DNA of 64,000 nt, taken from contig JAGIQG010000017.1 of NCBI GenBank assembly GCA_024679065.1, forward strand, positions 33,666,001-33,730,000, written 5' to 3'. Position 1 is the first letter of the stretch. Each line of letters begins with the position of its first letter. Positions 24,147-36,277 of this stretch are shown in pieces. The position numbers were made by a program, and so were the translations under genes. The notes beneath the pieces were generated by a model. It saw nothing but the letters and a program-made list of their open reading frames with translations. It was not told the origin of the DNA and did not search any database. This stretch comes from Sphyrna mokarran (taxonomy: Eukaryota).

Positions 24147-25190
24147 AGGGGTTGTGGGTTTTACACGAAAAGAAAAAGACAATTTTGAGCCTGCATTCTC
24201 CGTCTGCGGGAATGGCGGACATACTCAAAATCCAGAAAGCACGATTCACGCTGGCGGCTTTCTGAGCTCCGTTCTTGCAGGCCTCTCGCCAATGGAATGG
24301 TGTGAAACACATAAGGGACTGCAGAAAACTCATTAGCATTTTATTAGTGAGCACAATCTCTGGGACTTTCCCCCACATTTCCCCCCCCCCCACCAAATAT
24401 AGAGCAGGTGCCAATGTGACATCATGCTGGTGCCATTTACATTCGGTTCACTGAGGTGTGAACCTGTTACTGGGGTCTCCCTGGGGGTGTGAAGGTGTAT
24501 ATAGCCCCCAGGGAGAGGATATGGCCAGACATTGGCTTGGCAATGCCCCTTGTCATTGTCCTTTGGCATTTCCCCTTGACACAGATTGACACTTCCAGGT
24601 TGGCACCATGCCTACACCAACCTGGAATTGCCAACTTGGCAGTGCCAATTTGGCAATACCAACCTGTGCCAAGGGGCAAGCCCCAGTGGGAACCTCATGG
24701 AGGAGTTGGGGGGATTCAGATTTAGTTGTAGGCTAGGAGTGGATGCAGGTGCAGGGGATGTCCACAATGGCCATTGGAGGGGGAGGGAAGGAAGAATGGG
24801 TGGGGGCGGGTGGATGCTGGCTTCAACTGCGGAGGGAAGGGGCTAATGATCAGGGGGGTGAATGGGGGAAGAGGCCAGTGATTGGGGGAAGTGGGGAGAG
24901 AATGCCGACTCCAATTGAGAGTGGGGAGGGGAATCCCTAAGATGGTGAGCAAGGGGGGGAGATTTATTCTTGTTATGATTAGGGTGCCTTTGAAAGAAGG
25001 TGCCCCGATCTCTGTGCAGCCAGGTTTTGCTGGCATGTGGAGACCCTACCCCTGTATGACAGCTTGACCCTTAATTGTTATTGGCAGAGTGTCATTGGAT
25101 CTGGAGAGAAAACAAATGTGTTTCTCTGGAAAGAAACATGCTGGTTTCCTCGCAGGAAATAACACTGCCATATTTTGGTAAGATTTTACA
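24147..25190. mobile_element. GC-rich non-autonomous DNA-transposon-like element of about 1 kb
   Basis: There is an abrupt GC rise against AT-rich flanks, dense tggca/tgcca motifs (24405-24680) and a G-rich block (24700-24960). The family assignment is inference. Confidence 0.5.
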
Positions 25191-26072
25191 GATTGCACAT
25201 GTAAATTCAAACTAACAATTATTGGCCCAGAACAGAAACTGAAATTAAAACAGCCAGCCAGTGCAACATCCTAATGATATCACCATCAAATCATGTGATT
25301 GGTTCTGAAAGCAGTCATGAAACTCTTTAAATATATAATAATGGTCCCTGCTCCAAGCATGTACTTATGTGAACATCCACACACAGCCAGGAAGCTCAAA
25401 AGCTCTTTTTCTATCTTCGGTTTGACATTTTTACCACCTCATTTCTCAAAACATCGAGAGGAACAATAGTATACAGAAGATCAAGGCTCTCTTACCATGT
25501 GCCAACCAGGTACAAAGCAAATTGATACTTTATTAAAGCTTATGCTACAAAGAAGTGCCAAACTTACCATGGGTATTAACCAAAAACCTCATATATTGAG
25601 GCTGATTTGGAGTCTTACAGCACAAGTCCTCAGATTTATAAAGTAATTGTTATCAGTACTGAGAAATCCTCCTAGGTAAGATATCTTAGTGTTTCAATAG
25701 TCACAATGGTGATGCAGAAGAAGAAAGTTAAATTGTCAGCACAGAAATAGCAGAGATGCCAGCAATGAAACAAGGAACATTACAGGATTCTTTCAAATAG
25801 TTAAACTATTTCCCATAACAGCAAATAGCATCTGCTAAATTTGACCAAACCACCTTGTGCCACCTACTTATGTTCAGTTTTCCAAACATGGCTTATTGTC
25901 CTTCCTCTATAATCAATGGTACAGAAAGATCCAACCATATGTTCAAGTGAAATAAAATGCATTACTTTTCTATTACATGTCTTGTGAAAGGTAACAGTTA
26001 GTGTTGGCACATATTGATCTTATTGAAAGATGGAGCAGACTTGATAGGCCAAATGGCCTACTTCTTCTCCTA

Positions 26073-26222
26073 CATAGAACATAGAAGAACTACTGCACAA
26101 ACAGGCCCTCCGGCCCACAAGTTGCGCTGAACATGTCCCTATCTACTAGGTTTACTATAAACCTCTATCTTACTAAATCCTATGTACTTATCCAAAAGTC
26201 TCTTAAAAGACTCTTAAAAGAC
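26073..26222 (-). mobile_element. CR1 3' end
   Basis: catagaacatagaagaactac...ggcccacaagttg...tacttatccaaaagtctcttaaaagac is the reverse complement of the type of tail seen at 10560-10720. Confidence 0.85.
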
Positions 26223-26427
26223 ATTTTATATTTTGGACTGGATACTAGGTTTCACTGCAAACCTGGTGGGATTCTGGTGGTTTGCAACCGCGCTGGGCAG
26301 CGTCTTGCATGTATTTCATAGTTAAGAAGTAGTAAATGATTGGTGTTGCATACTTGAGCTATTTCCCATATCGAATATGTCATGTGCTTGAATGGCAGAC
26401 AACAGAATCTCCTGTTGTGCTATGAAA

Positions 26428-26680
26428 AAATGAGAAACTACTGGAAATACTCAGCAGGTTAGGTAGTAACATCTGTGGAGAGAAATGGAATTAAGTCTTC
26501 AGGATGATGATCTTTAATCAGAACAGGAAAAGTTTAGAGATGTAACAGGTTTTAAACAAGTACATATGTAAGGTGTAGCTTGGTGGAGATCAAGAGAACA
26601 ACAGAAACAAAGAAAGGCCTGCTATAGTGTGGATGGAAGGAGAAATTAAAATGACAAAAAGTCTAATGGCGCAAGCAAGA
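26428..26680 (-). mobile_element. Penelope-like repeat fragment
   Basis: ctggaaatactcagcagg...catctgtggagagaaa...atcagaacaggaaaagtttagagatgtaacagg matches the other family members. Confidence 0.6.
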
Positions 26681-28589
26681 GTTGCGGGGGGGGGAGGGCT
26701 ATAATGTGTAAATAATTGAGCTTTTGTTCTTCCCAAGTCCTTGTAGAAAGCTTTGCAGTTTCTGACCTAACAAATTGTTTCACCTCGCTTAATGCTGCAC
26801 ACTTCTGCAGCGATTAAACAGATGTCTTTGCCTTCTCGTTGCTATTTCAGGTGCTTAACTGCTTTCTAATTGCAGCTCACAGCTGATTTGGAGGATTACT
26901 GCTGTTCCCTCATCATTGGTTAGCCCATCACGCAGGCGTCAAAGCCAACATTTTAGTCCACAAAATGAAAACAACAAAATTGGATATAAACCAGCTGGAG
27001 TCAATTCTCCCCAAAACCTTTTGTAACCTACTAAGGAACTCTCAAACGGCACACAGTAATTTCTGGACTATGGTTATTGACTATTTAAAATGTACCTTGA
27101 TTGGCTAGTTACCATGTTTCCCATGAAAATGGGCTCTGCTGGAAAAGGCTGTTAGGCGATATGATATTATCATAATTTTTTCGACTCAGGTTCTCAGAGG
27201 AATGGAAGATGAAGGCTCTCCTCTAAATTTTGATAGCAAGGGCTGCATTTTTAATTAAAAAGGACTGTACAAATGGATTTGATGCCATGCCAAATTAAAT
27301 TTTACTTCTTCGGATTTAAAACATTTTAAAAATTGATGTTGAATTTGTGAATTTTTTAAAACTTTGCACTCAAAAGCCTTAACGTGGTTGTTTGTATCAC
27401 AAAGTCTTCAGAGTTCTATGGCTGAATTATTGTATCAAAATTTCATCTGCGTTCAAGGCGGAAACCCGGTCGTGCAACATTGTGGACTCAGCAATATCAA
27501 AAAATAAATGCCAATTAGTCAGCCTCCTCAACTCGGGTTTACATGGTAAGTGAATGATCACATTTAGTGACATGCCTTCCTGAGTTTCTCTGACGTTACC
27601 CTGATTGAGATATGTATTAAGAGTATCAATTATATATATGTGCTGAAGAATCAATTAAAATCAAAATCCAGTCATTAACCTGACAATCCCATGATATCAA
27701 ATGCAATGTATTAGAATCAGAATCAAATCTATGTAATTAAAAGTTTGAATGTGGAATACGTACAAAAGACAAAAGTGTTCATTGCAGAGAAACCAATGAA
27801 CATGGAGCAAGCAAAATCAACCACTCAAAACTGCAAGCAAGAATTTTCTATGCCCTTTGAAATGGCCATGTTTGTCTCCTATTACAGCCTAAAAATAACT
27901 TTTGAACAGAATCATTACTCAAAACTAAAAAACTCTGATGAAAAAAAATTACCTATATAATCTTATAGCTTCAAACAATACAGTCACCACTCGATATAGT
28001 TACAAATAATAAATCACTCACAAAGCCTCCACCCAGTCATTTCTTGCTGCCAAGCTTGGCAGCCCCACACACACACCCAGCGCTTCATTCCTGTAGACTG
28101 TGAGAATGGCTGTGCTATGTCTCTCCCACACTGAAGACAGTGTAGAAAGTAGCTCTGCTTCAAACAATACCGACCCCCACTCCAATCTCCCCTCCCCTCC
28201 TTCCCAAGGCCCTGTTAGTGGAAGGAACAGATTGCTGCATCAGTATGAGAGCATTTCTTAACCTGAGCAGGAGAGGCCAAAGGCTGTTGGGGTGTAGGTT
28301 GTCTGCCCACTTCAGGTATAAGATGAAGCCACATATCTAGAGGTATCTGCAGTGCCTGAGACGATTATTCCATTTATTGGCATGGAACATGCAGCTCCCT
28401 ATTAGGCAGGAGTCAGACATATCGCTGAGGATGTCCTCACTGCAAATCATCACCATTCTCCTACAGAGTCAGGCCAATGGCTTCAGTCCCCTATCATTGA
28501 AAATGTGCAACCTAATGGTTCGATCATGTTGGCACAAAATCATTGGTTTGAGTTTACACCCATTGTAGGAAATCGCATCACATCCTACT

Positions 28590-29215
28590 GTCACTCATTC
28601 CTGAAATGGAGAGGTGAACAATGCATCTTTTGTCTGTTGACCAATTCTGGCCTTGTCCAATGGCCAGCATTCTTTCTTCTCCTTCTCCTTGGCATCGTCA
28701 GGCCCACCACCTCGTCAACCTCTTTCTCCTCCTTGGCATCAACAGACCCACTGCCCTCCTCAACATCCCCGTCATCTGACAGGTCTGGTGCTTGCCCATC
28801 TCCTCGAGGTCTCGATTGTTTCCCTTCTGCAGCACTAGGTTGTGGCAAGTGTAGCAAACCATAACAAAGCAGTCTATCAAACTTTGCACTTGGGGCATGC
28901 CTGCTAGGCAGGCAAAACCTCACATTCTGGCTTGCCTGATCCTAGTCAAAGTTGATAAATATTTCAGCCTTGGCATGAAGGCCTTCTATCAACTCCCTAA
29001 TATATTTTTGATTGTTAGACTGGGAGCTGCCACAGATGTCACCTGTGTTGCTCTGGAACGAACCACTAGCATGAAAGTTCAGAGCAATTGTAAGTTTAAG
29101 GGCCACAGGCATTGGCTGTCTTCCTGTTTCATGGGGTACTAGCTCATGCACTATGTGGCAGAAGTGGTTCGACATACCCTGGAACACACACATTCTTCTC
29201 CAGCACTGCAGCATA
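28590..29215 (-). pseudogene. Harbinger transposase relic with internal deletion
   Basis: It reads LQCWRRM...PMPVALKLTIALNFHASGSFQSNTGDICGSSQS...LHAKAEIFINFD, then MPQVQSLIDC joined to VMVCYTCHNLVLQKG, then an acidic tail (DDGDVEE...EEKEVDE). Confidence 0.88.
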
Positions 29216-30679
29216 ATCACAATACCTAAACTTTGCTATGTATATTATGAAACATTAACAATTAGTCTGAAATTAAGGTGTGTTACCTTATTCAATAGGT
29301 CATATGTCAGGGCAAAGATAGTTGAGGTACAGGCAAGAATTTCTTCTGAACTCAATATGTCAGGGAGTAATTGATTTAATCAGAAGCAGTTTCCATGGAG
29401 GAACTGTAGAGATTCACAGCACAGAAGAAAGCTACTTACCCTGTCAATGTTACTGAATAGCTCTCAAAGAACTATTCACATCATCCTATTTCCCATATTT
29501 CTCTATTTTTAAAATTTCAGATATAAATTTATTCCTGGTGGGCCCATTCCATGTCCTAACAACCATTCAATTCATATCAACATTCATTGTATCACATATT
29601 TCATTGATTGAGAAAACTATTGCTGCAGACAACTTTCTGTACTCGCTGTAAGAATGGGTTCAATTTTCAGGTATAAAAAAGGATTCCAAAATAGAGATTG
29701 GTTGTAATGGTTGATGGAAATAAGTTATAGAGAAGAAAAATAAAGTTGTTTATATAAATAATCAGAAAAAATAAATATTTCACAAAGTATAAAATATTTG
29801 CAAGATGAGATGTATTTGTATCAGGTACAATTGAAGTTAACTAAAAGCACAACTGAATTCCAAAAAGGCATTGTATAAACAAAACTGATTAGATGGCGCT
29901 CCCATAGTAAAGATTTATAGTGGCCAGAAAAGCTACATAGTTCCTTTGAATAATTTAGCGTGATGGTGAGGATTGAAGAATAGGATATGGCTGAAATGTA
30001 AATATATATATGTTTGTATTCATTCTCACTATTGAAGAGGATACAGCGGTAGATACCCATGCCTCAAATATTGACTCCTAGAATGTAAATGCATAAATGG
30101 CCTTAGCTTGGTTTGAGGCACTGGAGATTGATCACATTGCTGGACCTAATAGCATTTAACCCAGAATGCTACAGAAAATCAGAGAAGTAGTATATAAGGC
30201 ATTCATTTAGCTGTCCAATGTTCTTTGAAATTTGGATTAGTTTGAATTGTTTGGGGAAAGAACTTGATGCATGAATGCCTTCACATATGGTCCTAGCCCC
30301 ATTCATTGACCCTAAATAGGGATATATGAATAAGTGTAGGCCATTCAGCCCTTTAAGCTTGTTCTGCCACTATGGTTGATCTGTATCTTAACTCTATTTA
30401 CCTAGCTTTGTTTAATATTTTGTAAGTAAAGCTCTGTGATTTATGTTTTTAATAGATTTGGATTACATAATTAAATTGTTGCATCATGAATATCAAGCTG
30501 TACTAAAGATTAATGATTCAATGATTCATGGTACAATATAAAATGCCAACAGGCACTAACATTTTTCACTTAAAATGCATAATTTTACTGATGTTTGGGG
30601 ACTCAAATGATGAACACATAGGGAAAAAATGTAACAGAAGAATAAGAAATTATATGATCAACACAGTTTACTGGAGAAG

Positions 30680-31085
30680 TAGTGGCACAATAGAATTATC
30701 AGTGGACTAGCAATCCAGAGACCCAGCGCAATGCTCTGGGGACCCAGGTTTCAAATCTCATCATAGCAGTCTAATAAGATTATAAGAGCTAGGAGCAGAA
30801 TTATACCATCTGACCCATTGAGTCTGCTCTACCATTGAATAGTGGCTGATATTTTTCTCATCCCCATTGATGACTATGAAACCATTGTTGATTGTTGTTA
30901 AAACCTATTTGTTTCACTAATGTTCTTTAGGAAAGGAAATCTGCCATCTTTACCTGTATGGGACCATGTATGACTCCAAGCCCACAACAATATGGTGGAC
31001 TCAAATGCCCTCTGAAATGAAAGGCAGTTGGGTAATTAGGGCTGGCCCAGCAAGCAATAGCCACATTCCCCAAAAATTAATCATT
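30680..31085 (+). mobile_element. SINE family B with a CR1-tail insert (about 30775-30868)
   Basis: The head is ggactagcaatccagagacccag...ggtttcaaatc and the core is tgatgactatgaaaccattgttgattg...ggaaatctgcc. The insert reads ataagagctaggagcagaatta...gagtctgctctaccatt. Confidence 0.8.
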
Positions 31086-31125
31086 CTTTTTTAAAAAATC
31101 CTGTACTTCCAGAGAAAGTGAGTGC

Positions 31126-31265
31126 AAACTGGGGGGAAGAGAATGTGTGCGAGGGGTGGGTAAAGAGTGAGTAGGTGCATGGGGAGGGGGAGGAGAGATT
31201 GTGTGTGAGTAGTGAGGGAAGAAAGACTGTGTGCGAGGTGTGGGGGAAGAGAGGGTGTGTGGTTG
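31126..31265. repeat. Degenerate G/A-rich minisatellite (about 25-bp units)
   Basis: gggggaagaga...tgtgtgcgagg units recur about five times. Confidence 0.65.
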
Positions 31266-31299
31266 GAAGGCATTGCATCTTGTACACACTTCTACAACT

Positions 31300-31760
31300 G
31301 TATGCTGCTGATGGAGGGATTGTATAATGTGGTTAATGCTCTGTCCTGGATGGCATCCAGCCTCTTAAATGTGGTTGGAGCTACACTCATTCAGGGAATA
31401 CAAAGTATTCCATCACACTTCTGACATGTGCCTGGTCAGCCTTTGGGAAGTTAGGAGGTGAGCTTCCAACCTCTGGCCTGTTTTTTGTTGATGTAGAATT
31501 CTAATTCTGACTCGCATTCTAACCAGTATTCTGTAAACTGTGTGTGCCTTTATATGCCCTTTTCTGATCAGAACCTTGTACACATTTGACGAAGGAACAG
31601 CGTTTCTAAGAAGTTGTGGGTTTACTCTCAAATAAACTGGTTGGACTTTAACCTGGTGTTGTGAGACTTCTTACTGTCTTTTGTTACCAAAGTATTTACG
31701 TGTCTTGTCGAGTTCAGTTTCTGGTCAAGGTATTACACATTGAATTTGAAAGGGTCTCAT
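31300..31760 (-). mobile_element. LINE ORF2 fragment interrupted by a Penelope-like insert
   Basis: ctgtcctggatggc...gttggagctacactcattcagg (minus strand LNECSSN..KRLDAIQDRA) resumes after 31680 with gttcagtttctggtcaa. Confidence 0.65.
31494..31679 (+). mobile_element. Second Penelope-like terminal repeat family
   Basis: ...acatttgacgaaggaacagcgtttctaagaagttgtg...aaataaactggttggactttaacctggtgttgtgagacttcttactg carries a decayed CUGAnGA-stem-GAAA motif upstream of an AATAAA. Confidence 0.6.
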
Positions 31761-32537
31761 TGGAATGGAGAAGGTTTCAAAAATTTCAGCTTGCTAGGAA
31801 GCTTCAGCACTCCAAATAAAGGCAGGAATGAGGTAAAAATGTAGATATTAATCACAGAGCTGCCTGAAATCACCATACCAGTTGTCTGCCAGGGCTAGAA
31901 GAGGCAATCCATGCCACCCCATCCCAGCAAAGAGTGACAAGATCAAATCCTTTCTTCCAGCCTGAATCAACATAACCCCCAGAATCCTTGAGGGACCCTT
32001 CCTCTGCAGCCTGGCAGTGGGGCAAATGGCCACTGGACCTACTTGCTTGGGTCCTCTCAGGGGCCAATGTACTGAACCAGGATGTGTGTTAGGGTGCTGA
32101 GGGCAGTGCACTATTGGCACTGCCAGGTACATCGGGATGAAGGAATGATGAGTGGGATGTTCTGAGAGGGAAGAGAGACTGAAGGGGGGGAAGGTTGGGT
32201 CATCCTTATGCCAGTATGGTGTGTAGGGGGAGAATGATCCATAATTTGAATGGTGAGTGGGGGGAGAGGGGGAAGAAGACTCTCTTTTCTGAGGGGTTGG
32301 TGGTGCTCTTCTGGACCTTGAGATCTATCACACCATGCCCATGCCTGTGGGTAGCACATGTATTGCCCATTCATACCGTTCCCACTGGAGAGCTGGGTGA
32401 ATGGTGGGCGGCAGATGAATGGCCTGTCAAACACACCAATGACATTGAAATTAGTCAGTTTGCATAATTATCAGGTTGCTTCCCCCTCTGGATCTGAACC
32501 CAATAGGAGCAGATGGGGTTAATCCCAACATGGGGGT

Positions 32538-32890
32538 GGGCGTTGGCTCAGTGGTATTATTGCCAAACTATTAATTCAGAAATTCATTTAATGTTCTGGG
32601 GATTAAGGTTCGAATCCCACCTCAGCAGTTGGTTGAATTTGCATTCAATAAAAGTCCTCTGGAATTAAGAATCTATTGATGACTATGAAACTATTGTTAA
32701 TTGTTAGAAAAGCCAATCTAGTCCATTTGAGTCTTGTAGGGAACGAAATCTGCTGTCCTCACCTGGTCTGGCCTACATGTGACTCTAGAGTCACAACAAC
32801 ATGATTGACTCTCAACTTCTCTTGTGCAACTAAGGATAGGCAATAAATGTTGGCCAGCCAGCAAGTCTCATGCCCCACAGAATATAAAAG
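32538..32890 (+). mobile_element. SINE family B, full length
   Basis: It has an A box (tggctcagtgg), a B box (ggttcgaatcc), the core gatgactatgaaactattg...acctggtctggcctacatgtgactc and the tail aataaatgttggccagccagc. Confidence 0.88.
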
Positions 32891-34139
32891 GTACCCTCAC
32901 ATTCATCCGGAATCCCCAATTTTGGCTGACACTTAATTCAACAGGCATTGGGATTCCCGTCGGCTGTCTGAAGAGGTTGGAGAATTGGATCTGACATCTT
33001 TATGATCAGATGGAACAGCAGCAAAGGAGGAAAAGAAAAGAAGCAGATTATGCACTCTGGATCAAACTACCTGACAAACTATCTTGCCCTTAGAAATTTG
33101 TAGGTCGAGGATTAGCTTATTCAACTCACGGTTCTGAGTTGACATTACCCTCAATTCAAAGGACAGTAAACAAGCCTGATAGTTAACTGTGTCACTCCTA
33201 TAATCTGTCAGTCCACTCTGCGACACTCATGTCCTGGACTCTTCCTATTATTGCAAGTTCTCTTTCTACCCTTTTAAGGATAGAAACCTCCAGCTTCAAC
33301 AAATCCATTGCTCCCTGACCCTAGATCTTAAATCAACCATCTTTTATCCAAACAGTATTGCACTCACAAAATCCACAATGTCTGTCCCAATACCATAATA
33401 TTTTACATTTTAATATGGTCACCGCAAAGCTTTCCTCTTTCATTTTGCAAATAATTATGCACACTTTCATCTATTTCCTTTTTATGAATCTTTCTTATTC
33501 TGGTTCACAAAATCTTTGTATTTCTTCTTTTCTGTTTCCCATGGAGGATTTATTGTAAAGGATTGGAATGACATTCATCAGAGAACCTTGTGGGAATGCA
33601 GCATGAGTTTGATATATATTATGGGTTATAAAATTACATTTCCTATATCTTCAAAATGGCAGGAAAAAGAGACACCAAACTGAGGAGTAAAATGACAAAA
33701 GTGGAAAAGAGCTAACTTTGACTCTGACATTTTTTAAGATATGGCATTGACATTCTGCTTCTAAAAGTATATTGGAGAAAGTTACGGGCACTTTTATTAA
33801 TAGCATTCTGTAAATATCTTAAAAAGGTCACCCTCTTATATGCAGTGTCTTAGTATTGCAATTTCATGCAGAAAAAAAAAGACCCCATCAAATTGAATTT
33901 GATTTATATCACAACGCATTGATACTATTATTTTTATTTAAACTTGTGATATGCTCTTTATTTTAGACCTGGGAAATAGAAGCAGCAATATTAATATCAC
34001 TGTAATTGACAGTGATTATAATGTAATTTCCAATACCATACTTGCTATTAATGAAAACTTCCTTTTCTTTTGGATTCACTCTAAAATGTTGCCCACCATT
34101 CATTTTTCACAATTGTTTCTGCTGGTCAGTTACAAGGAT

Positions 34140-34406
34140 GCATCGACTTCTTGAAAGCTGTCTCCGGCACATCTTCTAATTCTATCTTTTACTTGCATTC
34201 TATGTCTTTAGAACTGTTCTCTAACTCCTTTAAACTCTACCTTATATTAAGCTGATCTTTCTCCACATCCTACCATGTCTGTAGCACTATATTCTGCACG
34301 CTCTCCTTTCCTTCTCCCCTATGTACTCTATGAATAGTATGCTTTATCTGAATAGCACGCAAGAAACAATTCTTGTCACTGTATATCAATAGATGTCAAA
34401 TCAAAA
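34140..34406 (+). mobile_element. LINE 3' end, Rex1/Babar-like
   Basis: It ends ...agcacgcaagaaacaattcttgtcactgtatatcaatagatgtcaaatcaaa. The family name comes from my recall of the tail motif. Confidence 0.55.
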
Positions 34407-35439
34407 GTAGTATTATAATTTTTCAACCCAAATGTGAAGCCCCATTGCTGCTCCTATACAAGTATACATTTAATGCCTTTCATATTAACAGAGCCAACAA
34501 CAATTGGGACAATGAATCCCTGTTGTCCAAGAAAATGCATGGAAATCATGTCACTACACAGTGAATATAATCATATTGATTGAAATGGGTAGAACAAGGA
34601 TAAGAAAATAACGGTTACCTTCTTTGTCGTCGCTTAAAACAAGAGTAACAACCACTCATCGACTATGACCATGGGTAAACTTAATAGGACAGAGCCAAAG
34701 GGGGAGGGATTATGAGGAATGAGGAAAGGTTTTGTCAATAGCATAGGAAAGAAGTGGTTTTAAAGAAGAACTTATACAAACAGAGGAAGCTGGAAACCCA
34801 GAGGGAATTAGGAGTAATGGTATGTTAATTGTATAAAGGGCACATAAAGAGAGGCCCTTTTCTCCCAAGTGACCCTGGAGAGAGAGCATGCAGTGTCCAT
34901 TGATGCGCATGAGGCTTCTACAAGTAGTGGCACTGCGGGGGCTGTTGTATGTCATCAGCCCGAGGAACACCATTGTGATTTAATTTGCTGAGTTTCATTC
35001 TAAAGTTTGGTTTTAGTTACAGTGCTTTGCCATGGATATCATCCACTATTTTATTTGTTTATTGTATTGCTCATTTGTTTTGTTAAAAGAGCACATAAGA
35101 GAGAAACTTTTAGCACCCAGGTATTCCTGAAGCAGGAACATGCAGTATCCACTAGTACGCTTGAAACTGGTTGGCATCAATGGTCCTATGTACATTAATT
35201 TGATGAGTTTCCTTTGAAATTTTGTCTTTTTGTTACAGTACCTCTTTAAGGAGCTGCTAAATTGTTCACTAATTAATTTGTTAATTGGTTTATTTTTATT
35301 GGTACTCAAATGAATATAAAGAGAGATTTCTGAGATTAGACGGGAGGCGCACACCTATAGTATTGCATTCGGCAAATAAATCTAGTATTAAGTAAAAGAT
35401 TGATCTGGTTACCAACTGGCTTCAGCATGAATTAACATT

Positions 35440-35770
35440 AGCGTCTTCTGGAGAACAGTATCTAAATGTTTGAACTCATGACTGCCAACCACCAATGTTA
35501 AAATGAAGGGAGAGGAAGCACATGCGGCCAGAGTTTGAGGTACAAAGAGTGCAGGTTTTGTAGGTTGGAAATTACAGTGATATTGGACAGCAAAGTCACT
35601 GAGATGTTTGAACACAAGAGTGAGAATATTAAATCTGAGGCATGAGAGAGAAAGTTGATGTAAACAGAAGTGTGATAGGTAAAGGATAAGATATAGGTTC
35701 AGTAGAGATAGAGCCTTGAGAATTGGAGTACATCCATAAGATCGTGAAACCATGCTTCATCCAGGAGCAT
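35440..35770 (-). mobile_element. L2 LINE ORF2 C-terminal fragment
   Basis: Minus-strand CTPILKAL and LRFNILTLVFKHLSDFAVQY resemble L2 ITP.L..LHWLP..RI.FKIL.L.FK.LHGLAP.Y. Confidence 0.65.
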
Positions 35771-36149
35771 GGTCCAGAGTTTTATGTTGATTAGGCAAGC
35801 ACACACCTGCAAGAAAGGGCATCCGCCTCGCATCTTGATGTCATTGCACTTTCGCACAATAATTTGGTTGGATGGTGCATGCGAGAGTTGCAAGCACATC
35901 TGTCAAAAATCAAGCAGGCAATTTAGCCCATTAAGGGGCCAATTGAAATCAATTTTACATGGCCCAATGTGCTTTTATGGTTGGTGAGCAGGCCAATTGT
36001 CCAGACAGTCTTTACACTTTAGCTTCTACCTCTTTTCTTCACTTTTAAAACTCAGGCAAACCTGGCTATGTGTGTTTTTTATAGCCACAGCACGTAAGCC
36101 GCTGAATACTCATTGAATTGGCAAACAAATCACTTAAAAAACAAAAGCT

Positions 36150-36277
36150 CTGGACAGAATGTTCCGCATCCCCCGCAGCTTGTTTCACCGCAGCTGACAG
36201 CAGCCCGCCATTCACCAGTAATAGGGATTTACTGTCGCTGGGATCAGAAAATCTGACTGGCTGGAAAATTCCATCCT
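36150..36277. mobile_element. MITE-like element
   Basis: It has imperfect TIRs (ggacagaatgttcc...ggaaaattccatcc) and a GC-rich interior. Confidence 0.55.

Noticed and set aside
32538-32625. tRNA gene (A and B boxes present)
   Set aside because: It is the tRNA-derived head of a SINE and has no cloverleaf. The same applies to the other SINE heads.
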